Sequence record: OK272470.1
Source: Escherichia phage JLBYU50
Reading direction: 5' to 3' (one strand)
DNA length: 64,000 bases
The translations under genes and the position numbers were made by a program. Of this stretch, positions 53,752 to 63,154 are shown one piece after another; within the stretch, counting starts at the first letter, position 1, and every line of letters starts with the position of its first letter. The notes below the pieces were generated by a model. That model did not search any database and was not told the origin of the DNA. It saw nothing but the letters and a program-made list of their open reading frames with translations.

Positions 53752-54183
53752 TTAATCAGTGAAAATTACGCTTACATCTTCTTTAGAAAAGAGTTTATGA
53801 TCTTCACCTTTTGTCTCAAGAGTTTCATACAGGTTAAGAAGTTCTGAAACATCTTTCTCTACCAGTTTCTTCAATGTTGCAATTTTCTGTTTGCGATTCT
53901 TAATACGTTCAGCTACAACCTTACGTTGGTATCCAGCAGTACGATAACCTGAGAAAGTTACACCAGTGAGACTTGCAGTTACAGGATCGTAATGACGTTC
54001 AATCTGAAATTTATTAAAAGGTACAGCGTCATCACGAATAATCTTCCCGCCATTACTTACTTGACGAAGACCAGTAACTTGTTCTAGTCGTGCCATAGAA
54101 ATCTTTGGAGACAGACCAGAGTCTAGGTTCATACCATTGTTAATCAGTGCTTTCAGGGTGATTTTGCTGTTCAGTGTACTCAT
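53752..54183 (-). CDS. hypothetical protein (143 aa)
   Basis: ORF track; 5' end overlaps the methyltransferase gene by 44 nt, so the true start may be the internal Met (MNLDSGL). Confidence 0.4.
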   Translation of the reverse strand: MSTLNSKITLKALINNGMNLDSGLSPKISMARLEQVTGLRQVSNGGKIIRDDAVPFNKFQIERHYDPVTASLTGVTFSGYRTAGYQRKVVAERIKNRKQKIATLKKLVEKDVSELLNLYETLETKGEDHKLFSKEDVSVIFTD

Positions 54184-54871
54184 TTAGTCGTTCCTCCGCT
54201 TGCTTAAAAATATTTACATCGGCTTCACAGCCTAAGTATTCTCTACCTGTTAAAAGTGCCGCAACTTGTGTTGTTGCACTTCCAGAGAAGAAGTCTAAGA
54301 CTACATCTCCTTCGTTGGTGTGTATATTAATAAGGTCACAAAACAAAGTCAAGTGTTTTTGTGTTGGATGAAAACGATCTGCTCCTTGATAGATAGGATA
54401 CTCAAACACACCCTTATGGTAGGAAGCATTGAAGGTTGGCTTAGAACCTTTAACACAAACAATAGCCATTTCTTTAGCGTTACTAAGGTAGTTAACACCA
54501 CTGTTGATGGGTACAGGGTTTGTTTTAATCCATTCAATAGTACGGAACATACGAAAACCAAGCGGTTCAAGGATTTCACGTAGCTCCTGGATCTTCCAGA
54601 TATCATACCAAACTATGCAAGTACCACCTTTTCTAAGCACCCTGTAGGCTTCTTTGAATACTTCTTTAAAGTAAGGAATATCTACAACATCCCAATCACC
54701 AAAGTTGTAAGATACACGGAATCTATCCGTATCTTTTCCAGTAGGCTCTCCAGATTGAAAATTTGTGTCACGAGAAATAGCATATGGTGGGTCAGTAAGA
54801 ATCAAATCTACACTATTGCTTTCGAGGGTTTGCAGGTAGTTTAATGCGGTGTTGTTTACAAATTCGCTCAT
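54140..54871 (-). CDS. DNA N6-adenine (amino) methyltransferase, beta-class
   Basis: catalytic DPPY (LILTDPPYAI) near N-terminus, HPTQKHL block, SAM-binding FFSGSATT near C-terminus; motif order IV before I. Confidence 0.75.
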   Translation of the reverse strand: MSEFVNNTALNYLQTLESNSVDLILTDPPYAISRDTNFQSGEPTGKDTDRFRVSYNFGDWDVVDIPYFKEVFKEAYRVLRKGGTCIVWYDIWKIQELREILEPLGFRMFRTIEWIKTNPVPINSGVNYLSNAKEMAIVCVKGSKPTFNASYHKGVFEYPIYQGADRFHPTQKHLTLFCDLINIHTNEGDVVLDFFSGSATTQVAALLTGREYLGCEADVNIFKQAEERLNEYTEQQNHPESTD

Positions 54872-54879
54872 TATATCTC

Positions 54880-54910
54880 CTTCAAAGAAAAGGAGCCGTT
54901 AGGCTCCTTA
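54880..54910 (-). terminator. rho-independent terminator (minus strand)
   Basis: AAGGAGCC-GTTA-GGCTCCTT; on minus strand followed by TTTTCTTTGAA. Confidence 0.55.
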
Positions 54911-54931
54911 TATTCACACAATATTTAACTA

Positions 54932-55879
54932 TTAGAAACAGTGCAGGAAGTTTCGACCATACTGCAAACCAATAGGAGCAAATGGGATATCATCATCGAA
55001 ATCTTGAACAACAGGTTCTGGTTCTTTCGGTGCTGGCTCTTTCTTCTCTACTTTTTTAGTTTCTTTCTTAACTTCTTGTACTGGGGTAGACATTCCACGG
55101 ATAGCAGCAGCTACTTTATCAGACAAAGCAAGAACTTCACGAGCAGCTTCAATAATCTCTTCTGCCGTTACAGTTTTACCTGTATGATCACGACAAGCGT
55201 TAAGAATTGCGTGTCCAACTGAAGCACCAAGATCATAATCAGTCACATCAACGCCACGATCTTTAGCAATTTCTGCTTTCAGAGTAACAGTTGCAGATTG
55301 TACCACACCAGCCAAGTCGAAAGCATCACCTTTCACACCAGCACGTAGAAGCTCCAGAGCGCCGTTTACAGCGTGTCCTGTTTCAATCCCTACGGTATCA
55401 CGTTTTTTGTAGTTAGGCTTGCTACCTTCGTTATTAGATGGCTTATTTCCACCTTTTGAAGAAGATTGTGCTTGCTGAACACCTTCTGTTGAAAGAATAG
55501 TGATTTTACCTTTAGAGGAATTGTAGTATGTTTTGCCATTCCATTCAGAAGGTTTAACATCCATAGTTAGTTCTACACCTTTTTCGATAGTAACCCACTT
55601 GTCACCATCTTTAACTTGCAGGTTTTCATGTTCTGGATGCAGTTTAACTTCACCTAGGCTAACCCAAACACCTTTATCATCAGCACTAGCACCTTTCTCT
55701 TTAATAAGCAGAGATGCTTTGTGAGTTGATTCAATTTTCTTATCTGGCTGACCTGCAACCTTAATATAAGAGACTTTCATTTCATCAAACTTATCCAGTT
55801 TGACATATTCAACGATACCTTCAGCCCAGAATGCTTCTTTTTTAGTACGACGGTCGATTTCAGAATTAATTACTGGCAT
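54932..55879 (-). CDS. ssb: single-stranded DNA-binding protein with internal acidic DFDDDIPF motif
   Basis: OB-fold-like N-terminal half, Gly/Ser/Asn-rich linker, acidic DFDDDIPF identical to bacterial SSB C-terminal tip, followed by 15 extra residues. Confidence 0.65.
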   Translation of the reverse strand: MPVINSEIDRRTKKEAFWAEGIVEYVKLDKFDEMKVSYIKVAGQPDKKIESTHKASLLIKEKGASADDKGVWVSLGEVKLHPEHENLQVKDGDKWVTIEKGVELTMDVKPSEWNGKTYYNSSKGKITILSTEGVQQAQSSSKGGNKPSNNEGSKPNYKKRDTVGIETGHAVNGALELLRAGVKGDAFDLAGVVQSATVTLKAEIAKDRGVDVTDYDLGASVGHAILNACRDHTGKTVTAEEIIEAAREVLALSDKVAAAIRGMSTPVQEVKKETKKVEKKEPAPKEPEPVVQDFDDDIPFAPIGLQYGRNFLHCF

Positions 55880-55895
55880 AAATTCTCCTCTATAA

Positions 55896-56294
55896 TTACA
55901 TTACTTTAACACAAAACTCTCGTAAAAGAGTAGCGTCAGTTTCTTCCAACAGGTATTTACCAAGACCAATACCAAATCCTATTTCACCACTTTCAAAATG
56001 GAGGATTTGTATCTTTTCTCCACCAAGATTAATTACTTTTGCTTTTCCAGGATTATCCAAAACATCTCGTATTGTATCCTGTAGTAGCATAAGCTCACGT
56101 TTTGTGATAGTGGTTTCAGATATCTCTTTGTTTTCTACTCTCACTGTTAAACGATTGTATCCACCAAAGAGACATAGTATTTGAATAAAAAAGGTATTAT
56201 CTTGAGGTTCAACATCTTTTTTGGTTAGCTCAAGACGATTAGTTTCTCTACTGTAGAACGTCTCGACTAAGATTTTAGAACGATTATCTGTCAT
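55896..56294 (-). CDS. hypothetical protein (132 aa)
   Basis: ORF track. Confidence 0.45.
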   Translation of the reverse strand: MTDNRSKILVETFYSRETNRLELTKKDVEPQDNTFFIQILCLFGGYNRLTVRVENKEISETTITKRELMLLQDTIRDVLDNPGKAKVINLGGEKIQILHFESGEIGFGIGLGKYLLEETDATLLREFCVKVM

Positions 56295-56304
56295 TCAAGT
56301 CCTC

Positions 56305-56334
56305 ATAATAACACATAATTATAATGTTTGTCAA
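56305..56334 (-). promoter_or_regulatory. sigma70-like promoter (minus strand)
   Basis: rc reads TTGACA (56334..56329), 18-nt spacer, TATTAT; upstream of 55896..56294 gene. Confidence 0.4.
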
Positions 56335-56337
56335 CAC

Positions 56338-56931
56338 TTAAATCTTAAATTCTTCGTTGTTAAATGAATCTAGTGTACGTACTTCTGGCTCTTTGGGAAT
56401 GAAAACGTCTTTTACAAAGCGGAACATAGGGAAACGTTCTGCCATTTTACGGACGTGTGCTTCTTTACCTGTGTATCGGTGATTAATAGTACAAATATTA
56501 GTTTTCAGTGCAAATTCAAAATCTGGATGATATACATAATTTTGACCATCCCAGTAACACAAGCAAATAGCTACATCAAAGTTCCATACGATTTCACTGC
56601 GTACACCTTCTTCCATGATCATAAAGTTAAACTTAAGATCTTTATAGTATGCTTCAAATACCCATTTCAAATGTGGTAGTTCGGCATAAGTGTGTTCTGT
56701 TTGCTTAGTAAGTTGTTTAACATTACGTGCACCAACACCCAACATCAAAAATTTCTCTACTAGTACGATTGTATTGTGGTTAGGCATACGCAAGTAAATA
56801 TCAATATCTTGCGCAGGTTTCTCTAATCGCCAATCACGTACAGCGCCGCCAGCTACAATTGCAAACGGATCTACCAGTTGGCACATACGTAACACTTCTA
56901 AAGCTCGTACTTTTTGATCTTCAATATTCAT
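56338..56931 (-). CDS. Pol-beta-superfamily nucleotidyltransferase (CCA-adding/poly(A) polymerase head-domain-like)
   Basis: IVAGGAVRDWRL followed by DIDIY: GGxVRD glycine loop plus DxD carboxylates typical of class II tRNA nucleotidyltransferase/PcnB heads; only 197 aa. Confidence 0.55.
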   Translation of the reverse strand: MNIEDQKVRALEVLRMCQLVDPFAIVAGGAVRDWRLEKPAQDIDIYLRMPNHNTIVLVEKFLMLGVGARNVKQLTKQTEHTYAELPHLKWVFEAYYKDLKFNFMIMEEGVRSEIVWNFDVAICLCYWDGQNYVYHPDFEFALKTNICTINHRYTGKEAHVRKMAERFPMFRFVKDVFIPKEPEVRTLDSFNNEEFKI

Positions 56932-56959
56932 ATTTTCTCCTATCTCTTATGGTCTTTGC

Positions 56960-57045
56960 GTTATTCTAGATGTTCAAACATCTAATTATGAAATGGTTTA
57001 AAAGTGTGGAACAACCTTGGCAATAATAGGTTGTCCCACATAAAA
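56960..57045. other. pair of stem-loops downstream of DNA polymerase gene
   Basis: TAGATGTT-CA-AACATCTA (about 56968-56985) and GGAACAACCT...AGGTTGTCC (about 57013-57040). Confidence 0.35.
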
Positions 57046-57068
57046 ACTCCTTTAAAATCAAAGAGATG

Positions 57069-59648
57069 TCAGTGACAACTAGCCCATGAGTTACCAACAT
57101 CGTAACCAGCAGTGAGAGGTACATTAAGATTGTAATACTCACCAGCTTTATTAACAGCAATAGATGCTAATTCTCCAGCACGACTGTAGGCTGTAAACCA
57201 ACCACCTTTCGGAGATTCATGTACGTTAGCCCAAATCTTGCCAGTACGTTTCTCTTCCTCTTCTTTCCAGGTATTAACTTTATCCAAACATTCTTTATCA
57301 ATTTTCTTTTGTTCTTCTGGATCATCAACTTGAGTCCAACCTAAAGATTCTTTAGAGAACCATTTAAAATGCACCAGATCACGAGTTACTTCAAGCTGTG
57401 CTTCATCGTGGTATGCAATCATTTGTTGAACGAATGACTTATTTTTCCAGTCATCAACAAAAAAGTCAACAGCTAATCCTTCTTCTTCGATAAGATCATC
57501 GTAGATAACCATTGCTCTTTTTGCACAAATAACACCACCACTCTGGAACAGAGAGTTAAGTATTGCGTGTGCAGATCGTGTAGGTACTTTCCTTCCATCA
57601 ATACCAAGAATGTATTTCTTACCTGTTTTAACCCAAAAATCATGCAGACGTTCTTTAAGAAGAGCAAGAGGTTTTGCAGCTTCCCAGAAAGCATCGTATA
57701 CAAGCTGTCCTGTATACATATCACTACCAATGGTTTTTGCTACTTTTGCAGCTTGAGCACCATAAGTAATACCATACTTAACAGATTTAGCAGGGCTTCG
57801 TTCAAACTTACGACCAATAGTATCAGAAATACGTCGAGCCATCATTGTATGAACATCATTAGGTTTTTCCAACAATAGAGCATTACAATATTCGTGTGGT
57901 TCCTGCTCGTACCGCCAACAGTAGTGTGATTCTATTTTTGCCTCAAGAGAATCAAAGTCATAACCAATTTGGAAGTATTTTGGAACTTCTACACCAAATA
58001 AGTTACGCATTTCATATCCGTACAGAGATGTTACACGTGGGATATTTGCTACTAACCTATGTTTCATACGAGATGTAGCTGCATCACACGTTGCAGCAGG
58101 AGTTGGTATACGACCATCAGCCCTTACTGCTGCCAGATAACCTTTATCGTAATCCTCTTCATCTTCTTCCCAATCAGCACCACCCCCTAAAATAGAGTTC
58201 CTACGGTGTTTATACGTAAGATACTGCACAATCTGCGTAGCATAAGGAAACTTTTCACCTAGTGCTTCCAAGTTAGGACAAATATCTTTCTCTTGCCCTT
58301 TTGTAAAGGAAGGGTTAGTAAGCACTTTAACACCACGACCTTTAGCTTTAGCAATACGATCTCTTAGTTTCCATTCCAAAGTTTCTGGTGTGCACTCCAG
58401 ATGATCACATCTGTCCTGGCAGAAGTTAGATGCTAATGTTTGATCAACGTAGTCACGAATAGCTTTCTCCATTTGTGCTTCATCTTTCTTAATCTTAGTG
58501 CCAGATTTAAGAGTGATATCTTTATCTTTATATTCAGATGGACTCCAACCTAAACCAACTAACCAGTTTTTAATATGTGTAGTGTCATCTAAAGTAGCAG
58601 GTACTGTAGGATCACAAATAGGTTCTTCTGCTGGAATAGGGAGTTTAAACTCTTTACCTAATGCAAATAACCACCAACCATCTTCTTTTTGTACAAGTTC
58701 ACCAGAATGTTTCTCTGCAAACTTTATCATGTTACTTGAAGGTTCACCATTCTTTTTAAACTGTAGTTTAGGTGGAATGAATGATTTCAAATAACCTTTA
58801 GTAGCAGGTTTGGGAGGTAGTACAGGTTCTGCCTCTAAACGACATGCTTCCATTCGAGCATCCAGATCACGAATATTATCTTCTGCTTGTTTCATATTGA
58901 AAGCAAAGCCACGGTGCTCTTGACGTGTAATAATATCAGCTACACGTTGTTCTAAGTTAAATGGTTCAGACCACTTATTATAATCACCCCACTCTTCCAT
59001 CAAATAACGGAACACTGCGGTGTTAGCTTTGTTATCGTAAATACAGTAATACAGCATATCTGCTGCAAATGTTTTAAATCTTTCAGTTTCAGGAATGTTT
59101 TTTCTAAAATCAATTTTAACATCCCCTCCAGCTTTCTTAGATAACTCTGCCAGACTATGACCACCGAAGCGATCAGGGTTTAGTGTCTTACTTAAGATCA
59201 TAGTATCACAAATTTCAATGTTACTATTACCCCAAGTATTGTACTTAATACTATAGTTGAGTTTAAAAAATAATTTAATTGCCAGTAAGTCGAAGTTAAT
59301 GATGTTGTGTCCAACTACTTTGGTAATTTTATAGTTTGAATTACCTTTAAATTTACCTGTTCCATTTACAAAATCAGGAAAATCTTTAAGAGGGAAATGG
59401 GTATATTCTAAATGCTCATATTCCTCCAGTCGGTATTCATACTTTCCGTCAGTCTCAATATACGGACGACCATCGAAAAGATATTTATCACCATCATGGA
59501 AAGCAATAATCTCTCCAGTATCATGACTTTCGCACACAATACAGTGCATTGCAAAACTATCTTTTAAACGATATGGACTTGCCAAGTAATCTACACTTTC
59601 GTCATTAAGCAAGTTGTTACTTTCAATGTCGAAAGTAAAAGCTCCCAT
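57069..59648 (-). CDS. DNA polymerase, family A, with 3'-5' exonuclease
   Basis: Exo I FDIES near N-terminus; motif A DFDSLEAKI, motif B KSVKYGITYG, motif C YHDEAQ in canonical order. Confidence 0.8.
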   Translation of the reverse strand: MGAFTFDIESNNLLNDESVDYLASPYRLKDSFAMHCIVCESHDTGEIIAFHDGDKYLFDGRPYIETDGKYEYRLEEYEHLEYTHFPLKDFPDFVNGTGKFKGNSNYKITKVVGHNIINFDLLAIKLFFKLNYSIKYNTWGNSNIEICDTMILSKTLNPDRFGGHSLAELSKKAGGDVKIDFRKNIPETERFKTFAADMLYYCIYDNKANTAVFRYLMEEWGDYNKWSEPFNLEQRVADIITRQEHRGFAFNMKQAEDNIRDLDARMEACRLEAEPVLPPKPATKGYLKSFIPPKLQFKKNGEPSSNMIKFAEKHSGELVQKEDGWWLFALGKEFKLPIPAEEPICDPTVPATLDDTTHIKNWLVGLGWSPSEYKDKDITLKSGTKIKKDEAQMEKAIRDYVDQTLASNFCQDRCDHLECTPETLEWKLRDRIAKAKGRGVKVLTNPSFTKGQEKDICPNLEALGEKFPYATQIVQYLTYKHRRNSILGGGADWEEDEEDYDKGYLAAVRADGRIPTPAATCDAATSRMKHRLVANIPRVTSLYGYEMRNLFGVEVPKYFQIGYDFDSLEAKIESHYCWRYEQEPHEYCNALLLEKPNDVHTMMARRISDTIGRKFERSPAKSVKYGITYGAQAAKVAKTIGSDMYTGQLVYDAFWEAAKPLALLKERLHDFWVKTGKKYILGIDGRKVPTRSAHAILNSLFQSGGVICAKRAMVIYDDLIEEEGLAVDFFVDDWKNKSFVQQMIAYHDEAQLEVTRDLVHFKWFSKESLGWTQVDDPEEQKKIDKECLDKVNTWKEEEEKRTGKIWANVHESPKGGWFTAYSRAGELASIAVNKAGEYYNLNVPLTAGYDVGNSWASCH

Positions 59649-59716
59649 TCTCCCTCCTTAAAATATTTCTAAAGTCTTAATTTGTTAATACTGTACCATA
59701 AATTAATTGTTTTGTA

Positions 59717-59745
59717 AAGGGGCTTTCGCCCCTTCTTGTTATTTA
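59717..59745. terminator. GC stem-loop AAGGGGC-TTTC-GCCCCTT with T-rich tract on + strand
   Basis: perfect 7-bp stem between two minus-strand genes; U-tract orientation is + strand. Confidence 0.35.
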
Positions 59746-60134
59746 TTGTCAGCACTTAATTGTACTTTAATAAGGCAATTAGGGACACCATTGGTATTTC
59801 TCAAGCCTACACGTTCAATTTTAACTGTCCCTGTTAAGCCACTAAAAGTGGAAACAATGTTATTAATGTTTTCATCCTTACTAGCGATATCAAGAACAAC
59901 TTTATCACTAACATTTTTCAACATACGATCTACAAGCTCTCCCACAAAACCACTGGTAGTTTGAATGAGAAGGTATAGACAACCATCCTCAAACCACAAA
60001 TGTTCACCATAAGCATAACCGTATGGTTCTAACTCCGATCCATCTTGAAATTTAAACTTAGCAATAGTTTTCGTATAATCATACCCTAACGCAGAAGGGG
60101 ATACCCCATAGAGGATATTTTCGTTGTCTTTCAT
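59739..60134 (-). CDS. hypothetical protein (131 aa)
   Basis: ORF-track frame; start re-set to ATG 60134 (MKDNENILYG) with AAGGAGAG RBS, just downstream of primase-helicase stop at 60145. Confidence 0.45.
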   Translation of the reverse strand: MKDNENILYGVSPSALGYDYTKTIAKFKFQDGSELEPYGYAYGEHLWFEDGCLYLLIQTTSGFVGELVDRMLKNVSDKVVLDIASKDENINNIVSTFSGLTGTVKIERVGLRNTNGVPNCLIKVQLSADNK

Positions 60135-60144
60135 ATTTCTCTCC

Positions 60145-61917
60145 TTAATAAGAACCATCAGGAATATTCTCTGGGTTACTTGTGTATTGATCGTAATCGT
60201 GAAGTGTAGCTGTTTTAATCTCATAGAAGAAACTACCTGCTGCACCAGTCTCTGAGAACTCACGGTTCTTTAGAATGTAGCAATATGTGCGGTTACGTTC
60301 CATAGGATCTTCAGCTTGTTTATCACGCTCCAGCGCAATTGTGATACCAGCACCTTTAGCAAGGAAGCTACTACCCATTGCATCATCTTCTACAATATGT
60401 TCATTACTATTGTTAGAAGACTTTTTAACGTGTGAAATTACAACAATGGTAATTGCGTACTCTTTCATAATGCGTTTGAGCCACGTCGCAAGTTCCTCTT
60501 GTTGTGACACGTCCATACCAGAAAGCAAGTCAGAATAAGGGTCGATAACAAGAATGGTTACTCCGAAATAAATAATCATTTCCAGAACCTTCTCTTTAAT
60601 CACATCTACGTTAGCTCCACGATCATCACAAACATAGAAACGTGGTGTTCCATCTTCTCGTTCGTAAAAATCACGAATCTTTTCTTCATTATCTTTTAAA
60701 ATCTTTTCCTTCTCTTCTTTCGTTTTACGGTGAAGAGGGATATGCAAGAATGAAGACAGTAAGTTACGAGAATACTTCTTATACGTTGCCTCCAAAGATA
60801 AAATACCAAGAGTATGTTCTGGGTGTGCAAGAATAATGTGCTTCGTAATCTCGTTAACCAACAGTGTTTTACCGATACTTGTTTTTGCAAGTATAACAGT
60901 AATTTCTTCTTCTACCAAGCCTCCACCTAACATATTAGAAGCAACACGCATGAATGGAGGAAGGGTGATCATTTTAGCTTCCAGGCATTCCAAGGCTGCT
61001 TCATACAGTACGTTAGAAGCGTAAACACCAGCAGGTGTGTACAGTTTAGCTTTGAAAAAGCGATCAATAAAATGATCAATTTTTCCTTCTACTAGTGCCT
61101 GGTTAGGATCTTTAACATCAGTTAGTTCCATCACGTAAACTTTATTACGTGGTAAGATTTTAACACATTTCTCAACTGCTGCACGTCCAGCGTCATCATT
61201 GTCCATACATAGAACAATCTTTTTAAATTGGTCTAAGAATTTATAACGATGTTGAAGCTGCTTATGCAGAGATGTTTCGCCACAAGTACCAGATACTACA
61301 GCAGGAACAGGATATTTACCACCCTTGTTATAATCTTTTAGCATCTGTGTTGCAGCCAGCATATCGTGTTCACCACCAACGATTAGAATAGTACCGCTGT
61401 GGTTACGATATTTAAACTCCCCAAAAAGATCACAATCCTTTCCTGTTTCACCGATAGGATGTGAGAAATCTTTTGGATCGATACGTTGTTTATACCCCGC
61501 AATATTGTAATCTTTAGTTGTAGGGTATAGTGTTGAAATTACTTCGCCAGTAGCTTCATCGTACATATAACGTACACCGAAAGGCTTAGAGATATCTTCA
61601 CGAATACCGCGATAACCTTTTGGATTAGTTCCAGTGCTGGCTTTTAGTTTATCATGTACTTCTGGATTAAACTCACTACCCAAGATATCCTCCTCTTCAA
61701 TTTCTTCGCCGTGTGCATTTAACCATTTTTGATCAGGGATAGTAAAGCCACAAGAAAAACAATGTGCGCCTCGATGGTCTTCATCGGCATCTAAGCCATA
61801 TACCATCAAATTGTTTTGTGATCGATCACGCCCTCCTTTCATACAACGAGGACACCCAGTATGTCCTTCTTGACTTAGATCAATGTTATACCCATATTTA
61901 TTTACAACATAAGACAC
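60145..61917 (-). CDS. primase-helicase (zinc-ribbon primase fused to DnaB-like helicase)
   Basis: N-terminal Cys4 CPRC...CFSC, central region, C-terminal Walker A AKTSIGKTLL; 590 aa. Confidence 0.75.
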   Translation of the reverse strand: MSYVVNKYGYNIDLSQEGHTGCPRCMKGGRDRSQNNLMVYGLDADEDHRGAHCFSCGFTIPDQKWLNAHGEEIEEEDILGSEFNPEVHDKLKASTGTNPKGYRGIREDISKPFGVRYMYDEATGEVISTLYPTTKDYNIAGYKQRIDPKDFSHPIGETGKDCDLFGEFKYRNHSGTILIVGGEHDMLAATQMLKDYNKGGKYPVPAVVSGTCGETSLHKQLQHRYKFLDQFKKIVLCMDNDDAGRAAVEKCVKILPRNKVYVMELTDVKDPNQALVEGKIDHFIDRFFKAKLYTPAGVYASNVLYEAALECLEAKMITLPPFMRVASNMLGGGLVEEEITVILAKTSIGKTLLVNEITKHIILAHPEHTLGILSLEATYKKYSRNLLSSFLHIPLHRKTKEEKEKILKDNEEKIRDFYEREDGTPRFYVCDDRGANVDVIKEKVLEMIIYFGVTILVIDPYSDLLSGMDVSQQEELATWLKRIMKEYAITIVVISHVKKSSNNSNEHIVEDDAMGSSFLAKGAGITIALERDKQAEDPMERNRTYCYILKNREFSETGAAGSFFYEIKTATLHDYDQYTSNPENIPDGSY

Positions 61918-61929
61918 ATGATTCTCCTA

Positions 61930-62199
61930 CTAAAATGATTCGTTTGTCTCCATAATATATTGCATTTCCAAATCTTCCATATGTTTCTTAAATTGGTAAA
62001 CAATTTCCGATGGGGAAATATCTATATCAAAAAGTTCTTTTGTACCAGAATAAAATCTAATACCATCAACAATAAGACCACCATAATAATCCCAATCACT
62101 TTCTCGTGAGAAAGGGTTAGGTTCTTCATAATAGTAATCTACTTCAACAATAATAGGTTCTTTATTATCTTGTTTATACTCAAAATCAAAAGTGTTCAT
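61930..62199 (-). CDS. hypothetical protein (89 aa), acidic
   Basis: ORF track. Confidence 0.4.
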   Translation of the reverse strand: MNTFDFEYKQDNKEPIIVEVDYYYEEPNPFSRESDWDYYGGLIVDGIRFYSGTKELFDIDISPSEIVYQFKKHMEDLEMQYIMETNESF

Positions 62200-63143
62200 T
62201 ATAAATCCTCGATAAGCAGTCTGCGGGTTTCATTTAAATCATCAATATTGTAGTTATCTCTTACATACTTAGCAAGAGCCAATCCTTTCTCAATACAAAC
62301 ATCAGGGGATTCGATTAAGTATTCTACAATATCTTTCCACTCTTTAACTGAATCAGCAAAGAAGATTAGATCTTTAAATTCTTCAGTATAGTAGTTCTCT
62401 CGTGGTGAACAAACGAGTGGCAAACCTTTAGCACCAGCTTCAAGAATTTTTAAATTACTTTTGGCATTATTAAAATGATTATTTACTAACGGAGCTATGG
62501 AGATTTGATGACCATCGTATGCTTCCATATAGCACTCATAAGGACGAATACCTTCATAAACACAATTTGGTTGAATATCTTCTTTAATTTGCAACCATTG
62601 AGCACTACTTAACTCTTCGTGATCTCTACGAAATCCACATAAAGTTAAATCTTTACCAAAACTAGGAAGAATAGCTAAATCATGTTTATGTGTTTCACTT
62701 CCCGCCCAAACCAGTGGACTTTTAGAATAACGATCTTTAGTAAGAACAAACTGTCCTTCATCAAAAGGTAGTCCGTTAGGCACAATATGTACATTATCAT
62801 TGTATTGGCTTAATTCAACCTTTAATGCTGGAGTTGTTGTAGTTACAAGATCGCTTCTTTCAAGGAACCATTTTAGGTCATCTCGGATTTGATTTTCAAA
62901 TAATCCTTCCAGCATATGCCCTTCAGGAATAATTAAAGAATCATCCAGATCCATTACCAATTTAAACCCAAGTTGTTTAAGAGCCAGGAAACCTGGCTTT
63001 CCACGGGTTGGTACTCCATTGAACACAAAAATATTATGCTTAGGATTAATGGTCAGTTTGCGTTTATATGGCAAAATGATTCTGTGAAAATCACATACAC
63101 TATACTTTTCATTTCCGCGTGTGTCAAGAATAATATTAGGCAT
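62199..63143 (-). CDS. GT-B fold glycosyltransferase-like protein (paralog 1)
   Basis: C-terminal SNLKILEAGAKGLPLVCSP resembles GT-B E-x7-E/Gly-loop donor-binding block; paralogous to adjacent gene. Confidence 0.55.
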   Translation of the reverse strand: MPNIILDTRGNEKYSVCDFHRIILPYKRKLTINPKHNIFVFNGVPTRGKPGFLALKQLGFKLVMDLDDSLIIPEGHMLEGLFENQIRDDLKWFLERSDLVTTTTPALKVELSQYNDNVHIVPNGLPFDEGQFVLTKDRYSKSPLVWAGSETHKHDLAILPSFGKDLTLCGFRRDHEELSSAQWLQIKEDIQPNCVYEGIRPYECYMEAYDGHQISIAPLVNNHFNNAKSNLKILEAGAKGLPLVCSPRENYYTEEFKDLIFFADSVKEWKDIVEYLIESPDVCIEKGLALAKYVRDNYNIDDLNETRRLLIEDL

Positions 63144-63154
63144 ATCGCTCCTTA

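Noticed and set aside
56966-57160. 64-aa hydrophobic ORF on minus strand overlapping the 3' end of the DNA polymerase gene
   Set aside because: It overlaps the polymerase coding region out of frame and the downstream stem-loops, has no RBS, and its low-complexity hydrophobic sequence looks like an AT-rich frame artefact.
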